From positions 53,411 to 117,410 of the forward strand of contig CAKPOS010000003.1 in NCBI GenBank assembly GCA_934176955.1: DNA of 64,000 nt, given 5' to 3'. The stretch is from an uncultured Bacilli bacterium (GTDB lineage: Bacteria > Bacillota_I > Bacilli_A > RF39 > UBA660). Numbering within the stretch: the stretch's first letter is position 1; the number at the start of each line of letters is the position of its first letter. Below, one piece after another: positions 50,159 through 60,156 of this stretch. Below the pieces are notes generated by a model. The model worked only from the letters and a program-made list of their open reading frames with translations, made no database searches and had not been told where the DNA came from. Made by a program: the position numbers and the translations under genes.

Positions 50159-50647
50159 ATGGAATATATTTATTTAGGAAAAATTGTCGGTACCCATGGA
50201 ATAAAAGGGGAGATAAGAATTATCTCTGATTTTCGTTATAAAGAAAAAGTTTTTGTAAAAAATTTCCCTATTTATATTGGAAAAAAATATGAAAAAGAAG
50301 TGATTGAAACCTATCGCGTTCATAAATCATTTGATATGATTACGATGAAGGGATATACCAATATTAATGAAGTTTTAAAGTATAAATCATATCCTGTATA
50401 TATCAAAAGAGAAGATTTAAAATTAGCAAGTAATGAAATTTTAGATGAAGATTTAATTGGTCTTCCCATTATGGTGAATAATGAAGTAAAAGGTATAGTA
50501 GAAAAAGTTATTTTAGGTAGTCAAGATAAATTATTAATCAAAAATGGGGAAAAAATTTATTATATTCCTTATGTAAAAGAAATTGTTAAGGAAATTATTC
50601 CCAGAAAAAAAATCATTATTGAAAATATTTCTGGTTTATTAGATTAA
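50159..50647 (+). CDS. rimM: 16S rRNA processing protein RimM
   Basis: GKIVGTHGIKGEIRI N-terminus and a PRC barrel. It lies upstream of trmD. Confidence 0.85.
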   Translation: MEYIYLGKIVGTHGIKGEIRIISDFRYKEKVFVKNFPIYIGKKYEKEVIETYRVHKSFDMITMKGYTNINEVLKYKSYPVYIKREDLKLASNEILDEDLIGLPIMVNNEVKGIVEKVILGSQDKLLIKNGEKIYYIPYVKEIVKEIIPRKKIIIENISGLLD

Positions 50648-50759
50648 TTTTTATCTAAGGAAAAATCTTCATCAGTATTTTTCGTAAACAAATAGATAAA
50701 AAGAATATTTATTCTCAAAATAATGATATAATAATAGCAATTAGTTAGAAGGTATAATT

Positions 50760-51413
50760 ATGAAAATCGATATTTTAACACTATTTCCAGATATGTTTAC
50801 AGGATTTTTAAACGAATCCATTATCAAAAGAGCTATCGAAAAAAAATTAGTTACCATAAAAGTTCATAATATTAGAGATTATTCTCCTTTTAAAAACAAA
50901 CAAGTAGATGACTATCAATATGGAGGAGGAGCAGGAATGGTGTTAATGTGCGAACCTATTTTTGCAGCAATCGAAGACTTAAAACAAGATGATACCTTCG
51001 TGATTATGATGTCTCCTAGCGGAAAAAACTTTAAAGAGCAAATTGCCAAAGAATATTCAAACAAAAAACATATCATTTTATTATGTGGTCACTACGAAGG
51101 TTTTGATGAGAGAATCAAAACAATTGTTGATGAAGAAATCTCTATTGGTGAATTTATTTTAACAGGAGGCGAAATTCCTGCTATGGCCATAACGGACGCC
51201 ATCACTAGACTAATCCCAGGAGTAATCAACGAAGAAAGTTTACTCAGTGAAACATTTACTGACGATTTAGTCGATTATCCAGTTTATACTAAGCCAGCGG
51301 TTTTTAGAGGAATGGAAGTACCTAGTGTGCTATTAAGTGGACACCATGCTAATATTCAAAAATGGCGAGAGGGAAAAAGGCAAGAATTAACCAAAAAACG
51401 AAACGGGGAATAA
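50760..51413 (+). CDS. trmD: tRNA (guanine37-N1)-methyltransferase
   Basis: MKIDILTLFPDMF, YGGGAGMV and LLCGHYEGFDERI motifs. Confidence 0.92.
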   Translation: MKIDILTLFPDMFTGFLNESIIKRAIEKKLVTIKVHNIRDYSPFKNKQVDDYQYGGGAGMVLMCEPIFAAIEDLKQDDTFVIMMSPSGKNFKEQIAKEYSNKKHIILLCGHYEGFDERIKTIVDEEISIGEFILTGGEIPAMAITDAITRLIPGVINEESLLSETFTDDLVDYPVYTKPAVFRGMEVPSVLLSGHHANIQKWREGKRQELTKKRNGE

Positions 51414-51416
51414 CAA

Positions 51417-51913
51417 TGGGGAAAAATTATTACTTACATAAAAATAAAAAAACAGGTGAAGTTTTGTATTTAGAATATGATAAAATAAAAGGGTACCCCA
51501 TTACGCCCAAAACGAAAATAGAAGATGCTATTGAAGTTCATAAAATTATTTTTGCTAATAAGACTTTGCAAGAGAAGTTAGTGAAGAAAAAAGTAGAAAT
51601 TAAATTAAGATATTTGATACAAAAATTAGAAGAATTTGATACTTCAGATGACTCTAGTAGTGGAGAAGTTCAAAACACAATATTAGAGGCCGAAAGATTA
51701 AGAATTAATATATTAAATCGCTATGTTCATTATTTAGGGAATACTTATGCTAGCTATACCTTAAGTAAAATTCAAGTGATTATTAATCAACTAAAAGTAA
51801 ATTTATATCAAAAATTAAAAAAAGAAAGATATCAGTCCTTTAAAAAACAAACGGATATCCAAAATTTATATTATTTAGATGAAGAAGAACCAAAGAAAGG
51901 TAGGGGAAGATAA
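51417..51913 (+). CDS. hypothetical protein occupying the slot usually held by rplS
   Basis: ORF starting MGKNYYLHKNKKTGE..., with no motif recognised. The track start 51362 overlaps trmD. Confidence 0.45.
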
Positions 51914-53202
51914 TGTATTATTTTATTGGAATCAAAGGAACAGGAATGAGTGCATTAGCCGTTATTTTAAAACAATTATCTTATGAAGTAGCAGGAAGTG
52001 ATGTAGAAAAACATTTTTTTACAGAATCAGAATTAATTAAAAATCATATTCCTTTCTATTCCTATGATGAAAAAAATATTAAAGAAAACGATATCATTAT
52101 TAAGGGAGCATCTATCAAAGAAGATAATGTTGAATTAAAAAAAGCAAGAGCATTAAATTTAAAAATTTATGAGTATAATGAAATGGTTGGAGAATTAACC
52201 AAAAAATTTAAAACGATTTGTATTGCCGGTTGTCATGGAAAAACAACTACAACGAACATGATGGCTTTAGCTTTTAGCAAAGAAGGAATTAATTATTTAG
52301 TCGGAGATGGAACAGGATGTGGAAATAAAAACAATACTTATTTTGCCCTAGAATCTTGTGAATATCAAAGACATTTCTTAGCCTATCATCCAGAAATTGC
52401 TGTAATTACCAATATTGATTTAGATCATGTCGATTATTATAAAGATATTAATGATGTTGTTGATGCTTATACTAGTTATGCTAATTTAGCTAGTAAAGTG
52501 GTTATTGCCTATGGAGATGATCCTTATACTAGAACAATGAAATTAAACAAACCTGTAATTTATTTTGGATTAAGTGAAAAAAATGATGTAAGGGCAGAAA
52601 ATGTTGTTTATAGCAAAGAAGGAATATCCTTTGATGTTAAAGATTATGGACATTTTGATTTACCATTATTTGGACATCATCAATTATTAGATGCCCTAGC
52701 CGTAATCACCGTTGCTAAAGAAGAAAATTTACCTTTTGAAGAAGTTAATGCTAACTTAAAACAATTCCATGGGGCTAAAAGAAGATTTACCGAAACAAAA
52801 GTAGGCAATAATATTATAATTGATGATTATGCGCATCATCCCAATGAGGTTAAAGCAACCATTGAGGCAATAAAACAAAAGTATCCTGAAAAAAAACTTG
52901 TTATCATTTTTCAACCTCATACATTTACTAGAACAAAAGAATTTGCTAAAGATTTAGTAGAGGTATTTAAAGAAGCAGACCAAAGTTATATTTTACCAAT
53001 TCATCCCGCTAGGGAAAAACAAGAAGACTATAAGGAAGTAACCTCTAACTTAATTATTGATAATTTATCTTCTGCTCATGCAATTACAATAGATGAGGCA
53101 AAAACTTTAAGCCAATATGATAATACAGTCTTTGCTTTTATGAGTCCAAATGACATTAGTAAATTAGAACAAGAATTAAAAAGATTATTAGAAGAAAAGT
53201 AG
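51913..53202 (+). CDS. murC: UDP-N-acetylmuramate--L-alanine ligase
   Basis: FIGIKGTGMSALA, GCHGKTTTT and the Mur ligase layout. Confidence 0.9.
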   Translation: MYYFIGIKGTGMSALAVILKQLSYEVAGSDVEKHFFTESELIKNHIPFYSYDEKNIKENDIIIKGASIKEDNVELKKARALNLKIYEYNEMVGELTKKFKTICIAGCHGKTTTTNMMALAFSKEGINYLVGDGTGCGNKNNTYFALESCEYQRHFLAYHPEIAVITNIDLDHVDYYKDINDVVDAYTSYANLASKVVIAYGDDPYTRTMKLNKPVIYFGLSEKNDVRAENVVYSKEGISFDVKDYGHFDLPLFGHHQLLDALAVITVAKEENLPFEEVNANLKQFHGAKRRFTETKVGNNIIIDDYAHHPNEVKATIEAIKQKYPEKKLVIIFQPHTFTRTKEFAKDLVEVFKEADQSYILPIHPAREKQEDYKEVTSNLIIDNLSSAHAITIDEAKTLSQYDNTVFAFMSPNDISKLEQELKRLLEEK

Positions 53203-53215
53203 GATAGAGAGTAAA

Positions 53216-54148
53216 ATGAAAAAAGAAAAACCATATATTATTTACACAAAAAAGAATAAAGAACAAGTCATAAAATACTTAAATAGTTTTAATACTTCTA
53301 AAGTATGGCAATTGATGACTAAAAATAATAGAGGATATGATTCAAAATATTGTTTTGAATTAGCAGATGATATTGAAGAAGTGATCTTCTGTAATGTAGA
53401 AATTCCCTCTACTTGGGAACAAAAATTTAAAATAGACGAAAATCAAACAGTAGTTTTTAAAAATTGTACTTTTTGGGGAAATAAGCTTGAATTTATTGGA
53501 GGAGAGTTCTTTGTTATTGATTCAAACTTTAAAAGTCTTTTTTCTACAATTAGTACATATGGAGTTGAAAATCTTTATCTAAAATTATTAAAAGAAGAAA
53601 AGGATAAAGAAATAAAATGCTATTTTTATCAAGGAAAAAAAGTAGAATTAGTAGCCAATAAATCGGTTAAGGAATTAGAAATTGTAGATTATCAAACGAT
53701 AAAATTATCTAATTTAGATTTCTTAGAACACTTAAAATTAGAAAGTAATACGGTAGAAATTGCTAAAAAAACACATTTAGTTGTTTCAAATTTAGCAACA
53801 TTAAAAGTCAAAAATTTAATTTTGGGAGAAGATTCTTTATTATACGCTATTGGTATGCAAATCAAGGATGTTGAAAAAATTATTGGTACTAAGTTTAAAT
53901 TGGTTTCAATGGAAGATATAAAAATTAATACTACCAAATACTTTAATCATCATAGTGAAATTGTAACGATTACCAATGAAGATTTACAAGAAAAATCTTT
54001 AATGGATAAAAGAAGAAAATTATGTTCTCAATTAAAAGGAATGAAAGATTATTTAAATATTCAGTCTAATAAAGAATTAGAAGAACAAACTAAAATATTA
54101 AAAAAGAAATTACTGCAAAGAAAAATTAATGATCAGTATTTTCAGTAG
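53216..54148 (+). CDS. hypothetical protein
   Basis: ORF with RBS. The repetitive beta-strand-like centre (ELEIVDYQTIKLSNLDFLEHLKLESN...) may be LRR-like. Confidence 0.45.
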   Translation: MKKEKPYIIYTKKNKEQVIKYLNSFNTSKVWQLMTKNNRGYDSKYCFELADDIEEVIFCNVEIPSTWEQKFKIDENQTVVFKNCTFWGNKLEFIGGEFFVIDSNFKSLFSTISTYGVENLYLKLLKEEKDKEIKCYFYQGKKVELVANKSVKELEIVDYQTIKLSNLDFLEHLKLESNTVEIAKKTHLVVSNLATLKVKNLILGEDSLLYAIGMQIKDVEKIIGTKFKLVSMEDIKINTTKYFNHHSEIVTITNEDLQEKSLMDKRRKLCSQLKGMKDYLNIQSNKELEEQTKILKKKLLQRKINDQYFQ

Positions 54149-54157
54149 AAAGAGATT

Positions 54158-54865
54158 ATGCAGCGTTATTTTGTAAAAAAGAAGCAAGAATCCTTTTTAG
54201 AACTAGAACTTTCTGATGTTCATCATATCAAGAATGTTATGCGCTATCAGAAGGGAGAGAAAATTGAATGTATCTATCAACAACAAGGCTATCTTTGTGA
54301 GATAATTGACCCTAGTTCTAATCAAGTAAAAATCATTTCAACTCTCGAAAATACTTCTCTTGAAAAATGCCCACTAACCATAGCAGTAGGGTTAGTAAAA
54401 GAACAAAAGTTTGATTTAATTATTCAAAAATTAACTGAATTAGGGGTAAAGGAAATCATTCCCATTAAAATGGAAAGAAGTATTGTAAAATTAGGAGAAG
54501 AAAAAATAACTAAAAAGTTAGAGCGGTGGCAAAAAATTGCAAAAGAAGCCGCAGAACAATCTAAGAGAACGACTATTCCTACTATTTATTCTCCTCTTTC
54601 CATTAATGAACTAAGTAGGTTATCGTATGATAAAAAATTTGTGTGTAGCACGAAAAAGTGTGAAAAATTAAATGTCAATTATTTGCAGAATTTAAAAGAA
54701 TATGCTACAATGATATTCGTAATTGGTCCTGAGGGGGGGATCACAGAAAAAGAAGAAGAGGTTCTTTTATCGTCTGGTTATGCTCCCATTTCCTTCGGTG
54801 AACAAATAATGAGGGTGGAAACGGCAACAATCTATGTTGCTAGTGTTGTCCAATTTATGAAATAG
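54158..54865 (+). CDS. rsmE: 16S rRNA (uracil1498-N3)-methyltransferase
   Basis: MQRYFV N-terminus, a PUA-like domain and IGPEGG...E motif. Confidence 0.85.
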   Translation: MQRYFVKKKQESFLELELSDVHHIKNVMRYQKGEKIECIYQQQGYLCEIIDPSSNQVKIISTLENTSLEKCPLTIAVGLVKEQKFDLIIQKLTELGVKEIIPIKMERSIVKLGEEKITKKLERWQKIAKEAAEQSKRTTIPTIYSPLSINELSRLSYDKKFVCSTKKCEKLNVNYLQNLKEYATMIFVIGPEGGITEKEEEVLLSSGYAPISFGEQIMRVETATIYVASVVQFMK

Positions 54866-54866
54866 G

Positions 54867-55532
54867 GTGATTAAGATGATAGAAATTTTTTTACTATTTA
54901 CCACTTTTCTTTTCTTCTTTTTTTCTGCCCATTTATGGAAAGAAAATCAAGAATTAAAAAGAAAATTAACAAAAACTGACAACAAAGAGAAAGATTTTTC
55001 CAACGAAGGCAACGATGTATATGGTATAGAAAAAATTTCTCATCTTAATCCTTCCACTCAATCGAAAGAAGCACTAAAAAAAGATTTTCAAAAAGTTCAA
55101 GAAATAATGGAAAAAAGTCATCAGTCAGAAAAAAAGACACAAGCAGGAAATCAACCGACAAAAATTTATACTATACCCCAAAAAGAACCAACTTATCATA
55201 TGAATAACATACAAGCACACGCAAATTTAAATTCTGAACAATTAAATTTTCAAGATTTTATTCAAGAACAAGAAGAAAGAAAAATAGTAAATACCCGTAT
55301 CCAAAATCAACCAATGGATTATCTTCAAAATTTATCTAAGAAATTAGAAGAAGAGATAAAACCACAAACGATAGAGCTTACTGATTATGAAAAACGACAA
55401 GAAGAAAATGCGATTATTAGTTATCAAGAATTATTATCTTCTCATGAAAATCAATCTCAAAAGGAAGAAAAATATGATGAGGAACAAAAAATTTTAGAAG
55501 AATTAAAACGATTTCGAGATGATTTAAACTAA
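54867..55532 (+). CDS. hypothetical membrane-anchored Gln/Glu-rich protein
   Basis: N-terminal TM followed by a low-complexity charged region. Confidence 0.45.
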   Translation: MIKMIEIFLLFTTFLFFFFSAHLWKENQELKRKLTKTDNKEKDFSNEGNDVYGIEKISHLNPSTQSKEALKKDFQKVQEIMEKSHQSEKKTQAGNQPTKIYTIPQKEPTYHMNNIQAHANLNSEQLNFQDFIQEQEERKIVNTRIQNQPMDYLQNLSKKLEEEIKPQTIELTDYEKRQEENAIISYQELLSSHENQSQKEEKYDEEQKILEELKRFRDDLN

Positions 55533-55552
55533 AAATAAACATATACTGTAAT

Positions 55553-55858
55553 ATGGAAAAACAAAATAGAGAGACCTCTAAATTGATTACTATTACAGCT
55601 TTTTTAATTGGCTATGTTCTAATAGACAGATTAAATAGCAATGAACAAAATGCTTTAGGCAATTTTTTTATGTTAATTGGACAGACACTCTGTACATCAG
55701 GAAGTGAAAATTTTAGAAGAGATTGTAAAAATATTTCTAATCCTATCAATCAAGACGTGAATCAAAATCATCAACAAGATCTTTCAAAAGAAGATTTAGT
55801 GCGTGTACTTAAAAATGCTAGAGATGTTTTTAATGATGAGATTAATAAGTTGGACTAA
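55553..55858 (+). CDS. hypothetical protein
   Basis: ORF only. Confidence 0.4.
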   Translation: MEKQNRETSKLITITAFLIGYVLIDRLNSNEQNALGNFFMLIGQTLCTSGSENFRRDCKNISNPINQDVNQNHQQDLSKEDLVRVLKNARDVFNDEINKLD

Positions 55859-55921
55859 AAAATACTTTTCTTTTTTTCTCGTTTTTGGTAAAATAATTAT
55901 AGAATAGAAAGAGGCAAAAAA

Positions 55922-57508
55922 ATGATAAAGTCGTTTATATTTCTATTAAAATACAAAATATTAAAAGATCCAATCAATCTATCTTATCATCCACAAGAGT
56001 TTTTTCAATTAAATAAAAATACCCAAAGAAAAGTTCTAGATCAGTATTTTCTTAAATTAGAAAAAACATTTCCTATAGATACTTACTTTAATACTAAGGA
56101 AGCAAGATATTACCAAGATAATGAAGAAGTTAGTTTTTATCACTGCTACTATTTTGACAAATTAGCAATAGAATTAAATCCTAATAATATTTCATTAATT
56201 GATAAATTTAAACTTGATCAAGAAAAACTAGATTATTTAGTGTCTTATTATTTAACTATTGTTCAAGAAGATAATCTATCCTTTAACATTGAAAATTTAT
56301 TAATCTATCCTGAAAAACTTCCTTTAGCGCTAAGTCAAAATATTGATTTTATGCATTATGCTATAGAAAAAGATTTTAAAAATATAAAATATTTAGTTTA
56401 CAATGAAAAATGTTTTACTCAACAAAGAGCATTAATTCAACTTTCTTTAGTCAAAGCAAGAGAAATTAATGCTCCCTTAGATATATTCTTAAAAAAAGAT
56501 CATACTCTTTCTAAAGAGTTAAAAAATAACTTTGATTTTATTTTATATTTAATCGAAAATAATATTTGCTATATTGAATATTTAACAGAAGAAATTCTAA
56601 ATCAAACTACTCCTACTAGTAAAGATTTATTAACAAAAACAATTATTACTTCATTAAAGAAAAATCCAGAATCATTAAAAATCGTAGAAAAGAACTTTGC
56701 TATTGCAACAGAATTAAATGAAAATTTAGAATTTATTGAATACTTAATTTCTGATAATATTCAAAATATTTCTTATATTAATTGGCAACATTTACCAGAT
56801 AAAGCAAGAAATGATATGATTAATTATCTAACAAAAAAACTAGAAGAAAATCATCAGACAATTGATATTATGAAGTATCCTTTTTATCATTTCTTCTTTG
56901 AAAATTATGCTTTTATGAATTATCTTATTCAAAGTGATTTTCGCTGGATAGCAGTAAGCCAAGTAAACGAAAAGGAAAACCAAGATAAATTAATTGATTT
57001 AAGCTTAAAAAAAATGAAACAAACAAATTATAAATTTAAATTAGAAGATTTTTTAGAAGATGGCAAACACATGAATTCTCATTTAGTTGAAAATAAAAAG
57101 ATGCTAGGATATTTTTTTCAAAATCAAGTTCCTATTGTTTGGTATATCAATTTTTTTCAATTAAATCATCCTAAAAATGTTGTGGAAAATATCCTCTTTT
57201 TCATTGAAAAAAAAGATTACGAATTTCATAATGAAGAATTTTTAGTGAATGGGAAATATCCTATTCCTTTAAGCAATAGTTATCGTTTTATGCGTTTTTG
57301 TATTGATAAGAATTTTAACAATTTAGCTTATATTGATTTATCAATGTTAGACAAAAGAGAATTAAAAAGAATCATCAATTATGCTTTTAGAATGGTCTAT
57401 TACATTAGAGGAAATAACAAAAAGTTAAATTTTGATTTTGAAGGGTATTTTCAAAATTCCGATATTATTCATGATCAGTATTTTCAGGAATGTTTAAAAA
57501 GTTTATGA
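55922..57508 (+). CDS. DUF4116-like repeat protein
   Basis: The unit [DE]F..Y.I..[DN]...[IL].Y[IL] recurs at least 5 times, for example DFMHYAIEKDFKNIKYL, DFILYLIENNICYIEYL and EFIEYLISDNIQNISYI. Confidence 0.5.
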   Translation: MIKSFIFLLKYKILKDPINLSYHPQEFFQLNKNTQRKVLDQYFLKLEKTFPIDTYFNTKEARYYQDNEEVSFYHCYYFDKLAIELNPNNISLIDKFKLDQEKLDYLVSYYLTIVQEDNLSFNIENLLIYPEKLPLALSQNIDFMHYAIEKDFKNIKYLVYNEKCFTQQRALIQLSLVKAREINAPLDIFLKKDHTLSKELKNNFDFILYLIENNICYIEYLTEEILNQTTPTSKDLLTKTIITSLKKNPESLKIVEKNFAIATELNENLEFIEYLISDNIQNISYINWQHLPDKARNDMINYLTKKLEENHQTIDIMKYPFYHFFFENYAFMNYLIQSDFRWIAVSQVNEKENQDKLIDLSLKKMKQTNYKFKLEDFLEDGKHMNSHLVENKKMLGYFFQNQVPIVWYINFFQLNHPKNVVENILFFIEKKDYEFHNEEFLVNGKYPIPLSNSYRFMRFCIDKNFNNLAYIDLSMLDKRELKRIINYAFRMVYYIRGNNKKLNFDFEGYFQNSDIIHDQYFQECLKSL

Positions 57509-57560
57509 TTTACACTGCACTAATTTTGTGCTAAAATACTTAATCAAATGAGGTGTAAAA

Positions 57561-58481
57561 ATGAGAAAGAACAATACCAAACAATTAGAAGATTGGATTA
57601 GCATTGCAGCAACTATTCAAAAAATATATCAGGATTTAGCAAAAGATAAAATCAATCATCAAGAAGAAAAATATCAAAGTGATTTAGAAATGCTAAAAAT
57701 GTGTATTGATTTAGAAAACAAAATTTATCAAAGTTTAGGAGTAACAGTAGCCAATCTTGAAGATTATTATCAACAAATTGAGCAATTAGTCCAACAAAAA
57801 AAATATTCTTTTCAAAAGAAAGAGGCTATTTGGAATCGATTAGATAGATATCTTTTAACTTTAGAATTTTTAAATCCTTTTCTTTCTATGCAAGAAGATA
57901 TTAATATGAATGAACTAGAAAATGAAATAGCAATTGAAATTCAATTTGATACAGAATATCTTAAACATTTCTTTTTTAGAATAAAAGAAGAATTAAACCA
58001 AGCAAAGACTAAAAGAGAAAAAGAGAGAATCATTCATTGTTATTATGATACTTTATTTGAATTTAAGTTATCTGAACATTTATTAGCAAATCCTAGGGTA
58101 TTAAAAGATTTCACTTTATCTGAAAGAGAGAAATGTCTTTTGTTTTATCAAAATCCATATGAAGTAAATGAATATTATCGATCACAAAGTAATCATTGGA
58201 TTGATGAAATCATTCAACAAATATTTGATAAAAATTTTTCCATAAAAAGTATTAAAGGAATCAAAACAAAAATTAATTTAGAAGTCATTCTTTCTATTTT
58301 AACGAAAGAAGAAGCCTCTAATCTTCTTCATCAGATTTATCGAAATTTTTTAAATAATCCCAATTATAATGGCAATTCTGTTATTAAAGAAAAATTAAAT
58401 TTTTTAAGTACAACAATAGGAGAATTTTATCAAAATCCAATTTCTGTTTCAAACAAGTCTAAGGTGAGAACATTATCTTAG
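57561..58481 (+). CDS. hypothetical protein
   Basis: ORF preceded by a TTTACA-17-TAAAAT promoter candidate (57509-57537) and a GAGGTG RBS. Confidence 0.5.
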   Translation: MRKNNTKQLEDWISIAATIQKIYQDLAKDKINHQEEKYQSDLEMLKMCIDLENKIYQSLGVTVANLEDYYQQIEQLVQQKKYSFQKKEAIWNRLDRYLLTLEFLNPFLSMQEDINMNELENEIAIEIQFDTEYLKHFFFRIKEELNQAKTKREKERIIHCYYDTLFEFKLSEHLLANPRVLKDFTLSEREKCLLFYQNPYEVNEYYRSQSNHWIDEIIQQIFDKNFSIKSIKGIKTKINLEVILSILTKEEASNLLHQIYRNFLNNPNYNGNSVIKEKLNFLSTTIGEFYQNPISVSNKSKVRTLS

Positions 58482-58558
58482 ATTCTTTTTATTTACTATT
58501 AATTAAACTTCTACCTCAAGTAGGATAGACTATGATATAATGATATTGTGATTAGGAT

Positions 58559-59257
58559 ATGAAAAAGAAGATAAATTATTATACCTATACTTTTGATATG
58601 AAATGGTTAAATATTTTAGCTATTGTCCTTTTTCTCCTCATTTCTATTCCTATTTATTGGTTAGAAAAAAAACAAATTTTCATCATTCATCTTGATATAA
58701 TAGAATTATTTATTGCCATGTTTTTTTATTTAATTCTTCATGAACTTTTTCATGGAATAGGTTTTTTACTGATAAAAGATATCAATTTAAGGAATATAAC
58801 TTGGGGAATAGCCTTAGAAAAAGGAGTTTTCTATTGTATGTGCAAGAAAAACATTCATAAAAAAGATATTTTACTTACCTTATCTTTACCTGTTGTATTT
58901 TTAGGAGGAGTAACTTTACTCATAGGTCTTATGATTCATTCTTATGAATTAACCTTTTTGTCCATTTTAAATATAACAAGTTCTATTGGAGATATAATGA
59001 TGATGATTTATTTTTTTAAATGTCCTAGTGATATTATTTACCTTGATCTAGATGACGCTACTTCCTTTACTGTAATTTCTTTTGATGATTTATCTAAAAT
59101 AAAAGTTTTAGGAATAGCTTTAAAAGAAAAGGGAATCTATACTTCTAAAATGAAAAGTCATGATCGAAGAAATTTGGTAATTTCTAAACCATCTTATTTC
59201 TTAATAGGATTTATTCTATTCTTAATTGTTTTGAAAATAGTAGGAGGGATAATGTGA
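58559..59257 (+). CDS. DUF3267-like putative membrane zincin
   Basis: LHELFHGIGF (HExxH) lies between TM helices. Confidence 0.55.
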   Translation: MKKKINYYTYTFDMKWLNILAIVLFLLISIPIYWLEKKQIFIIHLDIIELFIAMFFYLILHELFHGIGFLLIKDINLRNITWGIALEKGVFYCMCKKNIHKKDILLTLSLPVVFLGGVTLLIGLMIHSYELTFLSILNITSSIGDIMMMIYFFKCPSDIIYLDLDDATSFTVISFDDLSKIKVLGIALKEKGIYTSKMKSHDRRNLVISKPSYFLIGFILFLIVLKIVGGIM

Positions 59258-60156
59258 ATTTAGTAGTAATGGCTGCTGGTATGGGAAGTCGTTTTGGTGG
59301 ATTAAAGCAACTAACGCCAGTTGGCCCACATGGGGAATTTTTGATTGATTACTCAATATATGACGCCAAAAAAGCTGGAGTGAACAAAGTAATTTTTGTC
59401 ATCAGAAAAGATATGGAAGAAGATTTTAGAAAAACAATAGGAAAAAGAATAGAAAAATTTATTGAAGTTTGTTATGCCTATCAAGAATTAGAAGATACAC
59501 CAATTTTAGTAGAGCAAAAAAGAAGTAAACCTTGGGGAACAGGACAAGCCTTACTTGCTAGTAGAAACCAAGTCGATGCACCATTCATGGTCATTAATGC
59601 AGATGATTTTTATGGAAGAGATGCTTTTATGAAATTAGGAAAATTTTTAAAAGAAATCAAAACAACAGAAAAAAATCATTATGCTATGGTAGCGTATTTG
59701 TTAAAAAATACTTTAAGCGATAATGGCAGTGTATCAAGAGGAATCTGTGAAATTGATGATGGTTTCTTAAAGAAAGTAACAGAATGTACAAAGATTGAAC
59801 GACAAGGAAATAAAATTATTTCGTATGGAGAAGAAGTACAAGAATTAGCAGAAGATACATTAGTATCTCTTAACTTATTTGGGTTTACCAAAGAAATATT
59901 TAAAGAAGCAAGCAAATATTTTAAAGAATTTTTGCTTCAAGAAAAAGACTTAGAGAAAAAAGAATTTTATTTACCATCTATCGTTCAAAAGACAATTGAT
60001 GAAGGAAATTCAGATATGAAAGTTCTTTCAACAACCTCTTCCTTTCATGGAATGACTTACAAGGAAGATATGGATAAATTAAAAGAATACATAAAAGGGT
60101 TAATTCAAGAGGGAATTTATCCCGAAAAACTATGGGAGGAAAATAATGAAAAATAA
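59254..60156 (+). CDS. sugar-phosphate nucleotidyltransferase
   Basis: MAAGMGSRFGGLKQ N-terminal signature and INADDFYG. Confidence 0.7.
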   Translation: MNLVVMAAGMGSRFGGLKQLTPVGPHGEFLIDYSIYDAKKAGVNKVIFVIRKDMEEDFRKTIGKRIEKFIEVCYAYQELEDTPILVEQKRSKPWGTGQALLASRNQVDAPFMVINADDFYGRDAFMKLGKFLKEIKTTEKNHYAMVAYLLKNTLSDNGSVSRGICEIDDGFLKKVTECTKIERQGNKIISYGEEVQELAEDTLVSLNLFGFTKEIFKEASKYFKEFLLQEKDLEKKEFYLPSIVQKTIDEGNSDMKVLSTTSSFHGMTYKEDMDKLKEYIKGLIQEGIYPEKLWEENNEK

